Shown here one piece after another: positions 19,630 to 30,200 of a stretch of 64,000 nt of DNA (position 1 is its first letter; every line of letters begins with the position of its first letter). Source of the DNA: a virus. Position numbers and translations under genes: made by a program. A model generated the notes under the pieces. The model saw nothing but the letters and a program-made list of their open reading frames with translations, searched no databases and had not been told where the DNA came from. Location: the IMG/VR virus record IMGVR_UViG_3300023174_000067, positions 32,001 to 96,000 of that record, one strand, 5' to 3'.

Positions 19630-20304
19630 TTAAATTCCGAAATTTTTATTTGGTCCTTCGGGATTAAATGATGTTCTTATATCTGACGGTGAAAAATTAT
19701 CAACATCATCTGTAGTTAAAACATATTCATTTTTTCCCGTTTTTTGCATGTCTTGTTCTTTGTCTACAAAGAAATCAGTTAGTTTTTGATTATATGGACC
19801 AGAATCCAAACTTCTTAATTCAAGTTTTTCTTGTGGTGTTTTAGGACGAGTTTTTTCTATGGTCGCTTCTAATGAATTTATTTTATTAACTAAATTATCC
19901 ATTTCACCTAACTTAGATTCTAATCTTTCAATATGAGCAAATAATTCTTCAAAATAATCATCTTGTTTTTTAGCAATTTCTTTTTGGCTACTAACTAATT
20001 CAGTCACATCCAACTCTTCAGTATCTTCATCACCTTCTTTATCTTCAGATTCTCCCTTATTATCTATTTTTTCAACGTCAGGGTCATTTTCAACATCAAC
20101 AGGTGTTGGTTCATCTCCTGCAGGTGCATCTCCTCCTGCCGCTGGCGGCGGTGGAACATCTCCTCCTGGTGGAGGCGGTACATCACCCGCTGGCGGCGGT
20201 GGAACATCTCCTCCTGGTGGCGGTGGTGCGTCTTGTTCCATAATGTACTTATTTATAGTACGATATCTATTTAATTCTTCTATTATTTTTTTATCTATTG
20301 ACAT
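19630..20304 (-). CDS. Acidic, proline-rich coiled-coil protein (possible head-internal/scaffold-like)
   Basis: (PPPPxGDV)n repeats, acidic linker, heptad region; function inferred only. Confidence 0.6.
   Translation of the reverse strand: MSIDKKIIEELNRYRTINKYIMEQDAPPPPGGDVPPPPAGDVPPPPGGDVPPPPAAGGDAPAGDEPTPVDVENDPDVEKIDNKGESEDKEGDEDTEELDVTELVSSQKEIAKKQDDYFEELFAHIERLESKLGEMDNLVNKINSLEATIEKTRPKTPQEKLELRSLDSGPYNQKLTDFFVDKEQDMQKTGKNEYVLTTDDVDNFSPSDIRTSFNPEGPNKNFGI
20141..20220. repeat. Direct repeat encoding poly-Pro units
   Basis: 32-bp gctggcggcggtggaacatctcctcctggtgg at 20141 and 20189 (48-bp period). Confidence 0.85.
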
Positions 20305-20307
20305 GAC

Positions 20308-20532
20308 TTAATCGTTTAACAATTGTTTGACACCTGAAACAGTTTCAACTCTTACTTTTTTATTTTTAGACATTATATCATCTACTCTTTCAATTAAACC
20401 ATCTTTCATTCGGATAGTATAACAATCACCTGTATCCAAGTCACAAACTTGTTTACTTCCATCACCTAAATCTTTTTCTGTTGTTCTTGTGTTTTTACCT
20501 AAGTAATTATCTAAAATTAATTTTGCACTCAT
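20308..20532 (-). CDS. Small hypothetical protein (VCDLDTGDC motif)
   Basis: Likely start MSAKLIL at 20532, preceded by TATTTAT motif. Confidence 0.65.
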   Translation of the reverse strand: MSAKLILDNYLGKNTRTTEKDLGDGSKQVCDLDTGDCYTIRMKDGLIERVDDIMSKNKKVRVETVSGVKQLLND

Positions 20533-20579
20533 AATATTTTTATTATAAATATCTAACTTTAATGAAAATTTCAATTTTA

Positions 20580-23500
20580 TTAAAATCCTATAGTAGGATT
20601 ATTAGCAATCTCTAACGCTTTTTCAACTATATTATATAATTCATTATAACTTTCAACATTATTAGTTTTTGAGGCGTTATATTCATTTATTGTTAAATTA
20701 TTATTCCAATATCTAGTATATGCCTCAACCATACTAGAAGGAGTATTATTAATCTGTGGCGATTTTGCACCCCATCTATACTCTAAAAATTTACACATAT
20801 TTTGAATACTATCAAAACAAGCATATGGTTGTGATTCTCCTTGTCCATCTATTTGACATAAAAATTCTTTTTTTAATTGTCCAGTTAGTTTATCACCAGG
20901 CCAAGAAGAATTATTTGGGCCATAATTTAATCTCGCACCTGAATAGTTATTATTCCAACAAACAAATTCATTAGAAGTATAAGAATTAAGATATACAGTA
21001 ACAAAAGAAATAATTTTGGTGATTTTAGGATTACTTCCGCCTGTTATAGTTGTTTTTATAGTATTAATCATATCTTGAAGATTAATTCTATTTTCACTTT
21101 GTGTCGCAGCACTGAATTTAAGTGTTTTACTATAAAGTGAAGGTATTTTACCACTACAATTACTTGTTACGGTATCTATTTTTTGTAAATTACTAGTTTG
21201 TGAATTAACAGCATTTGCATTATTAGTTTGAGTCGCACCAACACTATTTGTACTAACACCTTGTTTAAGTTTATTACTTATTTCAGTAAGTAATTCTTTA
21301 GTTAGTGTTTGTAAATAATTATCTATTTTTGGTAATGCAAATATTTGTTGTCTAGTTCCTTTGAATGTTGTTTCAAACTTACCAGGGGTGATGTTATGTT
21401 TAACACTTGTAATATAGTACGGACCATAAAACATTGGAACATATCTCAAATTAAAATACATTGTAGGTTGTATCATAACATTACCCATACACTGCACTTG
21501 GGCTTCGTATGACCTTTTCTTATAAAAATCCCATAACGAAACATTCTGAGTCGCACTACTTCTACCATTTGCTTGGTTTATAGTATTATTTAATTGAGCT
21601 AAAGATTCTGAGGTTTCTTTTCCTAAATTTTGTGAAATATCAAAATGATGAAATATATTTTGGTTTCTAATTCCAATATCAACATTAAATGCTACCACTT
21701 TATTAGATAATCCCCAATCTTGTTTATTATTTAAATTATCTAATAATGGTGACTCACTAGACCTTCTCAATTCAAAAGAATCATTTCTAAATCTATTTGT
21801 TGTATTTTTTCCAGTGTCAGTATGTTCACTACCAACCGCAGAATATGTACAAACCAATTTTGGTGATGAACTTCTTGTATCAACATTTAAAAAAGTACCA
21901 AATAAGTTATTTCCAAATTCAAGAGTACCTTCAGTTTTAGGTATATTATCTTTTTGAACTTCCTGAACATTATAATAATTAATATATGCTGGATGCATTA
22001 AACAAGTAAAATGGTGAGTTCCTAATAAAGAACTTATATAACTAAAAACAGAAGCGGCTTCATTCATATTTGCAAATAAGTTTCTAGTCTTAATTGGGTC
22101 TATATAAATTTTATCACCAATATTTCTATTTGCCCTATCTAATAATAGAACATCTTCCATAAATGTTGTTTGACTATAATCATATCCCGCAATCCAAGTA
22201 TCGTTTAAAGCCTTAAATGATTCCCATAGTTCTAATGGTGTTTGTTCTCCTTGTAATGCCTTTGTCTTTGGAGCTTCGTCAACAATTTCAATATTTGGTA
22301 ATTCTTTTTGTAATTTTGTAAAAAGAGAATTAAATACTAAGTCGGTAAATTTTTTATTGTTTAATAAATAATTGTCAATTGAGTTAACAAACTTTTTATT
22401 ATTATAATTTGGGTCTATTTTTTTTTGTGTTGCGTATATTTTAATTAAAGGTGCCAAGATTTTAACTGAGTCTGAAGTAAACTCAATATTGTTATCCACA
22501 AAAAAATCTGTTATAGTACTACCACTATTTGTATATCTTATACCATCAATAGTAGAAAATCCAACATAAGATTGCAAATCAATCCATACTTGTGGATTCG
22601 CACTTTTTGACGCAGCAATTGTAGTGGTTCCTCCTGACGTAGGTAAAGAATTAGGTATATATGGATTAAATGTTATTTTATCTTCAACATAATTTACTGT
22701 TGAAAAACTATCAAACAATTTTCTATCAAAATTAGATGGATTACCATATTTCACAACTACATCATACTCCATAAATCTTTGTATTACATTAACCGCATCT
22801 TTTAATTGATTAGATTGAATATTTTGTATGATTTCATTTGAATTATTTGCAGTGACCTGATTAACTGTTAATAAATCTATCATTAACAATTGAAAATTCT
22901 TATAGGTCGTATCTAAGTCTGTACTTAACGTGTTTATCACAATACGATTTTCCGTTAAATCATCAACTTGTTGTACCTCATACTCATATTTTGATTTTGA
23001 GAATTTTAAGAACTCGTTCTCCATCATATCTAAAATTTCTTTGTTGAATACAGAAAATATTTCTTCCATAGTAGTATAATCGGCATTATCTCCAAATGAA
23101 AATGATTCTTGAGCTGAGTCGGTACCATAAAATACTGTTTTCATATATTTGTATGGTGATGGAATGTCAATTTTAGAATTATCAAAATAACCGTAATTAG
23201 GTAATGACCAGAATGTTCTAACACTACCGTTTATAACTGCGGGATTTGATTTAACAGGTAATAATAATTTACCACTATCTTTAAAACATTCAACTTGAAC
23301 TTGATTAACGTTAGTACCAAATGATGGTACAACATATTGTTTTTTATTTTTACTGTCAATAAGAGTACAACTCCATGGTCTAAATCTTAGATTATCATTT
23401 GGATTAGCAGTATCAAATCCTGCTGTTTTATCAAATGATGATGAATCAGTATACGTTAATGTAAACCCACTAGGTGAAACTAATTGATTTTGAATTTCAC

Positions 23501-26500
23501 TATCAGTGTAATTATAAAACAAATCATATCCCCTACAAAACAAATTAAAATCATTAATAACTTTTGGATAAAATCCAACATTCATTTCGGTTAATGTTGT
23601 TGTTCCCGCCGTTGATGTTTTTTGAAGAGTTATTGATTGATTAACACCTCCAATATTTAAATTATATGATTTAGAATTTGAATTTGTTAATGGGTCAAAA
23701 TTATAAGTACCATCAAAATTACTCCATACATTTTGTAAAATATCCGTACCACTTTCAATCCAAACTTTATATCTATGCCAAATAGAACCATACTTTAAAA
23801 TCCAAGCATACGGTATTTTATGTATGGCACCAAATTTTTTAAAGGTTGCAAAAATGTAATCTAAATCAGTTGTATTAGAATTATTGTATGTTTTATATTT
23901 CTCTCTTAAAGTTCCTAATGGCAAACTATTAAGGAATAAAAAGGCTGATGAAACATATGGATGCGTATTTCCTGTTAACCAATTATAAACCCCCTGTTGA
24001 ATTGAATTAACAAAATATGGAGTGTTTAATATAGACGTTGTTTGTATACTACCAACATTACCACTGTAATAGTTATAATAAACACTACCTTCAGTTGGTA
24101 ATTGATTTTTAATACCTATGTTTGTAGTCCTTGCAGAATAAAAAGGTTTAAGTGTTACTAAACTAACATCAGGTGTTGTAATACTATAAAAATTAAAATT
24201 TGTAACGGGTCTTTTTTCAGTAGATTTAGTTGTAGGACTAAAATTAGAAATCATTTTTTTATCAGTATTAATTTCTAATGTTTTAGTAGTATTATATAAA
24301 TTAAACTCAGATGTTCCTGACCCATTAGCCATATTGGTCTTAAACCACGAAGAATCTCCTGTAAATGGAATGGTATCCGTTAAGTCAGTACTATTACTTG
24401 TTGTATTAGTTAAATATATTTTTAGTTTATCTAACTGTGCTGGTAATGGTTTAACAATATTAACACCAGGACTAATTATGGAATTATTTAATATAACAAA
24501 ACTATTATCAACTTCTTGTTGGATATATGGCGTCACAAAAATATCTCTAATGTACTTTTGCCAACTTTCTCCGACCCCATCGTTAGATACGTGAGCCAAA
24601 TATGGTACAAAGTTATTTGATGTAAAACCATATTGTTTTAACTTTTGTAACAAATAGGGTGCGTCGGTGGTTAATGATTCTTTAATATTATTAAATTCAG
24701 CCTCAGCAATTAAATCTGAAATTTCATTTTCAGAGTTAGGTTTCATAAATCTTTGATAATTTGAAGCCAAAAATACTCTTTCCCAAATTTCATACATAAA
24801 TTTAGATTCCTGTTTGTTTGAAAAAATACTATTACTTGTTGGAAAATCTAAAGCGTTTAATGAAACTCTATTTATTGATTGAGCTTCATTAGTTGTTGTA
24901 CCTCCACTATCATTTTCAGGTTTTATAGTTGCTCTTCCTTTTATATATTCTTCAACAAATTCAATTTCAGGCCAAACACCATACAAAAACCCTTTTGTTT
25001 TTGATATGAATTTAGAATCACCAGGATATGCTAATTCATACCTCTCCCCTTTATCATCATTGGTCTCATTAAAATATTGAGGCCATGGATAAATTGGTAT
25101 TAAATTTTTACCGTTAACCTCTGTAGAATCTTTAGCATCTACAGATTGTACAGTTCTATTTGTATCTAAAATAGCATTAACTCTTTCTTTAGTTTCTCTT
25201 TGTTCCCAAGCCGCAGAATGAACATCACACATAAGTCTTAGAAAGGCTTCACTACTGGCTAAAAACACCGCCAAAACATTTCTTAATATTGGCTTAAACC
25301 CTATACCTCCATCATTAGTTTCAAGTCTATCGGATAATATTTTTGATAAAACATTTTTTATTTCTTCAACTTTAGCTGCAAGTTGATTAAACATTATTTC
25401 AATTTGACTAACAAACGAGTTTTTACCCTCAAAATAATACCAATAATATTTAAGATTTAAATTTTCATCGATTTCAATTGAATTTAATACAGCTTGAACG
25501 TCAGCCCTAAATTGAGTATAAGCTGCAACATCTTGATTTGGTCTTTTTTTAGTTCTTTGATAAAACGTTTCATCATAATCAATATCGTCAGGTTTAATTT
25601 GAGGTATTGGTATAAAATCATTATAATCAATATTATTGTCTATTGTCGCTTGATTTTTATGTCCTTGGATGTCATATCCTCCTGGTTTACCAAAAGTTTT
25701 ATTATCACTTAACTGCTTATTATATGTCTCAATAAGAGACTGTAATTTTGAAATTGCCGCATCTCTAAGCCCTTTATCTCTTGTGAATTTATTAAACGTG
25801 TAAATTCTTCTTCCCGTATTTTTTTCAATAAAAAAATTCTTATCGTCCATATAGGTATAAAACCAAGAAGTACCTTTACCATAAAAAATATCTTTTTGAT
25901 ATTCAATTAATATGTTTTTATAATTTTCCGCATCGGTTAATGGAGATAAATCAGCCAATGTAAAACTGTTAGCAATATTTTTTTCTAAATTTTCTAACCT
26001 AACTAATAATTGTTGTACAGTTAACTCAGGAAAATTCTCAGGTATTAACCCTTTTGATTTATATTCTGAATAAACCTCATTTATCTTTTGTTGACCTTTA
26101 GAAATATTTCTTTGTATTACCGTTCCGTTTGTATTTCCAACGGAATTTTGAGCACTTTGTGGACCAGCATTATTTGTTGGTGATATTATGTACTTTTGAT
26201 TATACATAAACGGTAATGCTAATAAATGTTTTATCTGTAAACTAGTAAGTACATTATATTTATAAGCAAAAAATTCGACTGTTATTTTAAAATTACCACT
26301 ACCCGTATCAAAACGAGCATTAAATTTTCTTAAAGATAATTGGTATTTTATCGCCTTACCAAAATATCCCTTTAAAGTTAAATAAAATATAGGGTACGGA
26401 TAATTAAAAAACACCGCATATGGTGAGTTTTCACCTTTTTCAAATAAAGCTCTTCCTCTAATATCCTCCATTTCAATTGTCACTTTGGGAAAACCCGCCA

Positions 26501-26945
26501 AATCTGTTTCAACACTTATTTGACTAATTAGTAATAATTGAGTATCCACGTTATTACCTACTGTTTGTGAAATACTAGGTGATTTATCAGAACCTGAAAT
26601 ATTATTTTTAGTTTCAATAATTTGATTAATTCCTTTTCCTCCAACAGAATCCAATCCCGTTATTTCATCCAAATATTCATTAGACAAAAAGGTATTATCT
26701 CCAGGTTTTAAAAAGTTAACCGTAGCAATTGATATTTTTTGATTATTTAAATTACCGTTATCGTTAACGGCTAATCGAGTTCTGGGTAATAGTGTCGCCT
26801 CTAAATTGGCGTAGTAAACCAAATTCTCATGTTTGAGTAATCTCTCTTTAACATTACCCTGACTATCAATTGTTTTGTTCGGGTCTACTAATACAATATT
26901 TTGATAATCAAATTCAACCAGTATATTTTCATCGTTATCTACCAT
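20580..26945 (-). CDS. Giant baseplate hub-like protein (gp27/gpD-like) with possible C-terminal lysozyme-like domain
   Basis: QCMGNVMIQPTMYF...GPYYITSVKHNITPGKFETTFKGTR hub signature; follows LysM-like gene in the tail module. Confidence 0.7.
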   Translation of the reverse strand: MVDNDENILVEFDYQNIVLVDPNKTIDSQGNVKERLLKHENLVYYANLEATLLPRTRLAVNDNGNLNNQKISIATVNFLKPGDNTFLSNEYLDEITGLDSVGGKGINQIIETKNNISGSDKSPSISQTVGNNVDTQLLLISQISVETDLAGFPKVTIEMEDIRGRALFEKGENSPYAVFFNYPYPIFYLTLKGYFGKAIKYQLSLRKFNARFDTGSGNFKITVEFFAYKYNVLTSLQIKHLLALPFMYNQKYIISPTNNAGPQSAQNSVGNTNGTVIQRNISKGQQKINEVYSEYKSKGLIPENFPELTVQQLLVRLENLEKNIANSFTLADLSPLTDAENYKNILIEYQKDIFYGKGTSWFYTYMDDKNFFIEKNTGRRIYTFNKFTRDKGLRDAAISKLQSLIETYNKQLSDNKTFGKPGGYDIQGHKNQATIDNNIDYNDFIPIPQIKPDDIDYDETFYQRTKKRPNQDVAAYTQFRADVQAVLNSIEIDENLNLKYYWYYFEGKNSFVSQIEIMFNQLAAKVEEIKNVLSKILSDRLETNDGGIGFKPILRNVLAVFLASSEAFLRLMCDVHSAAWEQRETKERVNAILDTNRTVQSVDAKDSTEVNGKNLIPIYPWPQYFNETNDDKGERYELAYPGDSKFISKTKGFLYGVWPEIEFVEEYIKGRATIKPENDSGGTTTNEAQSINRVSLNALDFPTSNSIFSNKQESKFMYEIWERVFLASNYQRFMKPNSENEISDLIAEAEFNNIKESLTTDAPYLLQKLKQYGFTSNNFVPYLAHVSNDGVGESWQKYIRDIFVTPYIQQEVDNSFVILNNSIISPGVNIVKPLPAQLDKLKIYLTNTTSNSTDLTDTIPFTGDSSWFKTNMANGSGTSEFNLYNTTKTLEINTDKKMISNFSPTTKSTEKRPVTNFNFYSITTPDVSLVTLKPFYSARTTNIGIKNQLPTEGSVYYNYYSGNVGSIQTTSILNTPYFVNSIQQGVYNWLTGNTHPYVSSAFLFLNSLPLGTLREKYKTYNNSNTTDLDYIFATFKKFGAIHKIPYAWILKYGSIWHRYKVWIESGTDILQNVWSNFDGTYNFDPLTNSNSKSYNLNIGGVNQSITLQKTSTAGTTTLTEMNVGFYPKVINDFNLFCRGYDLFYNYTDSEIQNQLVSPSGFTLTYTDSSSFDKTAGFDTANPNDNLRFRPWSCTLIDSKNKKQYVVPSFGTNVNQVQVECFKDSGKLLLPVKSNPAVINGSVRTFWSLPNYGYFDNSKIDIPSPYKYMKTVFYGTDSAQESFSFGDNADYTTMEEIFSVFNKEILDMMENEFLKFSKSKYEYEVQQVDDLTENRIVINTLSTDLDTTYKNFQLLMIDLLTVNQVTANNSNEIIQNIQSNQLKDAVNVIQRFMEYDVVVKYGNPSNFDRKLFDSFSTVNYVEDKITFNPYIPNSLPTSGGTTTIAASKSANPQVWIDLQSYVGFSTIDGIRYTNSGSTITDFFVDNNIEFTSDSVKILAPLIKIYATQKKIDPNYNNKKFVNSIDNYLLNNKKFTDLVFNSLFTKLQKELPNIEIVDEAPKTKALQGEQTPLELWESFKALNDTWIAGYDYSQTTFMEDVLLLDRANRNIGDKIYIDPIKTRNLFANMNEAASVFSYISSLLGTHHFTCLMHPAYINYYNVQEVQKDNIPKTEGTLEFGNNLFGTFLNVDTRSSSPKLVCTYSAVGSEHTDTGKNTTNRFRNDSFELRRSSESPLLDNLNNKQDWGLSNKVVAFNVDIGIRNQNIFHHFDISQNLGKETSESLAQLNNTINQANGRSSATQNVSLWDFYKKRSYEAQVQCMGNVMIQPTMYFNLRYVPMFYGPYYITSVKHNITPGKFETTFKGTRQQIFALPKIDNYLQTLTKELLTEISNKLKQGVSTNSVGATQTNNANAVNSQTSNLQKIDTVTSNCSGKIPSLYSKTLKFSAATQSENRINLQDMINTIKTTITGGSNPKITKIISFVTVYLNSYTSNEFVCWNNNYSGARLNYGPNNSSWPGDKLTGQLKKEFLCQIDGQGESQPYACFDSIQNMCKFLEYRWGAKSPQINNTPSSMVEAYTRYWNNNLTINEYNASKTNNVESYNELYNIVEKALEIANNPTIGF

Positions 26946-27258
26946 AATAAAAGAAATAATTATTTAATGCCGCTTCGTAATCCTGTACAGAAGCTACTAA
27001 AGGAAATGGAATTGTCAATAGAGCACCGTCAGGAATATTCCATTCTAATCCACCAAATTCAGGATTTGCTTGTAATATTAACCAACCAAAAAATGGTGAG
27101 TCATAAAAATCCTGACTTATTTTATCAAGTCTACTTACACCAACTTTATAAAAATATCTTTTATCTGATGATTTTCCTGGTATTTTAACAAACGGAACTA
27201 CGGTTTGTTCCCCATTTATTAAAAAATTAATGTATCTATTAAAATATAAGTTACTCAT
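26935..27258 (-). CDS. LysM-like baseplate protein (gp53/gpX-like)
   Basis: RLDKISQDFYDSPFFGWLILQANP...IPDGALLTIP. Confidence 0.8.
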   Translation of the reverse strand: MSNLYFNRYINFLINGEQTVVPFVKIPGKSSDKRYFYKVGVSRLDKISQDFYDSPFFGWLILQANPEFGGLEWNIPDGALLTIPFPLVASVQDYEAALNNYFFYYGR

Positions 27259-30200
27259 TATAATAATTTATTTTTTCCGTTAAATACCGCTTTATCAGTA
27301 TTTGAATTACCTATTTTATATATGTTTTGTAACCTAACACTCTCATTTTGTGTAGTTCCGCTTGGAGCCGTTTCAAAAGTAAATTTTCTAACTTTTCCTT
27401 TAACAAAGGGATTCCAAGATTTATAATTTTGAGTATATCCGCTTGTAAATACTTTTAAAACATCTAATTCGTAATCATGTTCCCTTTTGTAATCCACTTT
27501 TTTAACATTAAAACTGGTATCAAAAACATTAGCCATAGTAAGACCATTAGCCTGTTCATTTTCAATTCCATTTAAAACTGAAGTCCTAAACGCATCAAAT
27601 TCTGTTAATATTCTTTTACTCATCATAGTATAAAATCTTCTTTCAGCTTTAGAACAGTCACTACATGATGGAAAATCAAAACCAAGACCGTCCGCCTTTG
27701 GTGGAAATTTAATATCATTGTTGTCAAAAGTAACATCTATTAATCCGTTTTCTTTTAAAAACTCATAATATGTTTTTAACTTATCTGAACCTGATTTATA
27801 ATCAGTTATTAATTCTCCATAAGTATCTCCTGAAGTTGTTGCCGAAGTAGAACCACTTTGTACTCCTGTTGTTGCAGATATATTATAAATTTCAGTACCT
27901 TGGTCTTGTTTTATGTAACCATCGTGTTTGGTATCAACAAAGTCTAATTTTCTCATTGTTAAAATTAAACTTTGCTCTTCTGTCACAAAATTAGATGTTA
28001 CTTGACTCAACGTGTTTCTAATATCTATGTCAGCTAAATCTACTTCATTAATTAGATTTGATTTTAATTTTAATATTGAAGATTGCGAAAATTCTTCTCT
28101 GTACACTTTTTGTAAAAATTCAAACCCTGGGTCAGTTTTACTTTTAACACTTCTTATATCTTTTTCAATTTCATTTCTTAATAAACCTAATTCTTTCTCA
28201 AATCTATCGGACTTACCCCAAAGTGACGTTGAATTTGGTGATGTAAATTCACAAGTTTTACCATCAGTATAATTTCTTTTAGCTGAAAATAAATTATAGA
28301 TTGGTAAATTATAATTTGTAATAATTTCATTTGTTTTACCATAAATTACATCAATATATGATTGACCTCCTCCATAAAATTCATCCATTATTTTTTGATA
28401 AGTAATTGTACCTGTGGTTCCACTATCAGTAACATTTTTCTCCTGAATAACACCTATTGTATTTCCACCTCCATTTTCAAGATTATTCTTAACATCATTA
28501 ACTCCAACTGTTGGTTGTTCATCTAATATAGCTTTAACTAAATCAGCATCGATTTTTTTAAAGGAATCATCAGTCCAATCCGCCCTTTCATCGTACATTT
28601 CAGTATTAGCGTAATAATTAAACGACAACGCATTTTGTAATTTATCAATAGGTCCTTTTAATCCTTCACCACCAACAATATCAAAAGATAAACTTATCTT
28701 AGCTATCATAGGTTGAACTCCAATACCTTCAGGGTTTAAATCAAAAATTAATGGGTCGTATGTTATTTGTAAGCTGTTTGGTATTATTTTAGTGTGGTAA
28801 AAATCACCAACTCTTAAAACTAAAACAGGTGGTGCACCAAAAGAAGTATTCACTGAATTATTATATTTTGGTTTTCCATCAATACCTATAACAGGTATTG
28901 TATCACCAGGTCTCATACATTGTTGTAAAAATGTTAATCTAGAATTTAATCCCTCAGGTGTTGTAGAATGAAATACTGGGTCAAAATATCTTATTTTTTC
29001 TTTAATTGAATCATAAATAAACGGATTATTTTCTTTTATTATTTCAAAATAATCACATTCAGATAAAATATATCTTAATATTTTTTTACTAATTCCATCT
29101 TTAATTTTTTGATTAGTTGTAATTGTTGGCGGTATGGGAACTCTTGGTTTATAACCTGGAGGAGTTTTAACTGTGTTAGATGTAATAGTACCTCCACCAC
29201 TTCCTGTAGCTCCCGCTCCATCACCATTTGGATTTTGTTTTTGTGGTTCGGGTTTGGTAACAATTACTTTTGAAATTGCGGTCCTTCTACAAGCCATTGC
29301 ATTAGGTGAATATATCTTATCATAAGGGGTTTTATTTGTATCATTATCAGTACAATTAAATCCCTGAGAAACTGTAACACCATCTGTTGTTTTTGGAGAA
29401 ACGGTAGCATCCTCACCTTGGGCCGCCCCGTTAGTTATTTTTAAACTACCATCTTTAAAATATTCACTTAATATACTAACATTTTTAATATAATTTTCAA
29501 TTGAATTAATTCTTCTTTTAGATAGATTAACATTATATGATTTAGTTGCGGGTGCAGATGCGCTAGCAGTTAATACTATTTCAACAGATGGTTTTGTTGT
29601 ATTTTGAGGACCAGCTTTAAAAGCCTTAAAAAATTCATCTATTTTTTTATAGAATTCTTCCGTTTTAGTATAGTTAAATTTAATAGTTGAAAAAAACTGA
29701 GATACTGCAGTTTTATTTGATGGCGTTGCCGCTCTTGTTAAATAAGTGGATTCCTTTCCAATATAATTATTATACAAGGTATTCCATTGTTGTGTAGTTG
29801 TTGTATTATTTGTATTAACACAATCAGGACAATCATTATCAAAATAATAAGCGTATCCTTCAAACGCTTTTAAATCAGGGACTTGAATATCACTTGTTTT
29901 AACATCTACTTTATCAGGAGTTGCCGTTGAGTTTGTAGTATTACTTCCACCTATTTCATCTCCAACAACTTTAATATCTTCTTGAGTTAAATAACCATTA
30001 TTCATAACATATTGTTGCATTTCATACAACTGGTTAGTTGGTATTGTATTCCATCTTTTAGCTAACTCATATATATCAAACTTTAAACATCCTGCAATAA
30101 ATGAACTAACAATATCATTAACTCTTTTAACGTTTGATTCGTTTTTTAATTCTTTTTGTGCTATTGTATTTAAAATTGATGGATGGTCAACAACTATTTT

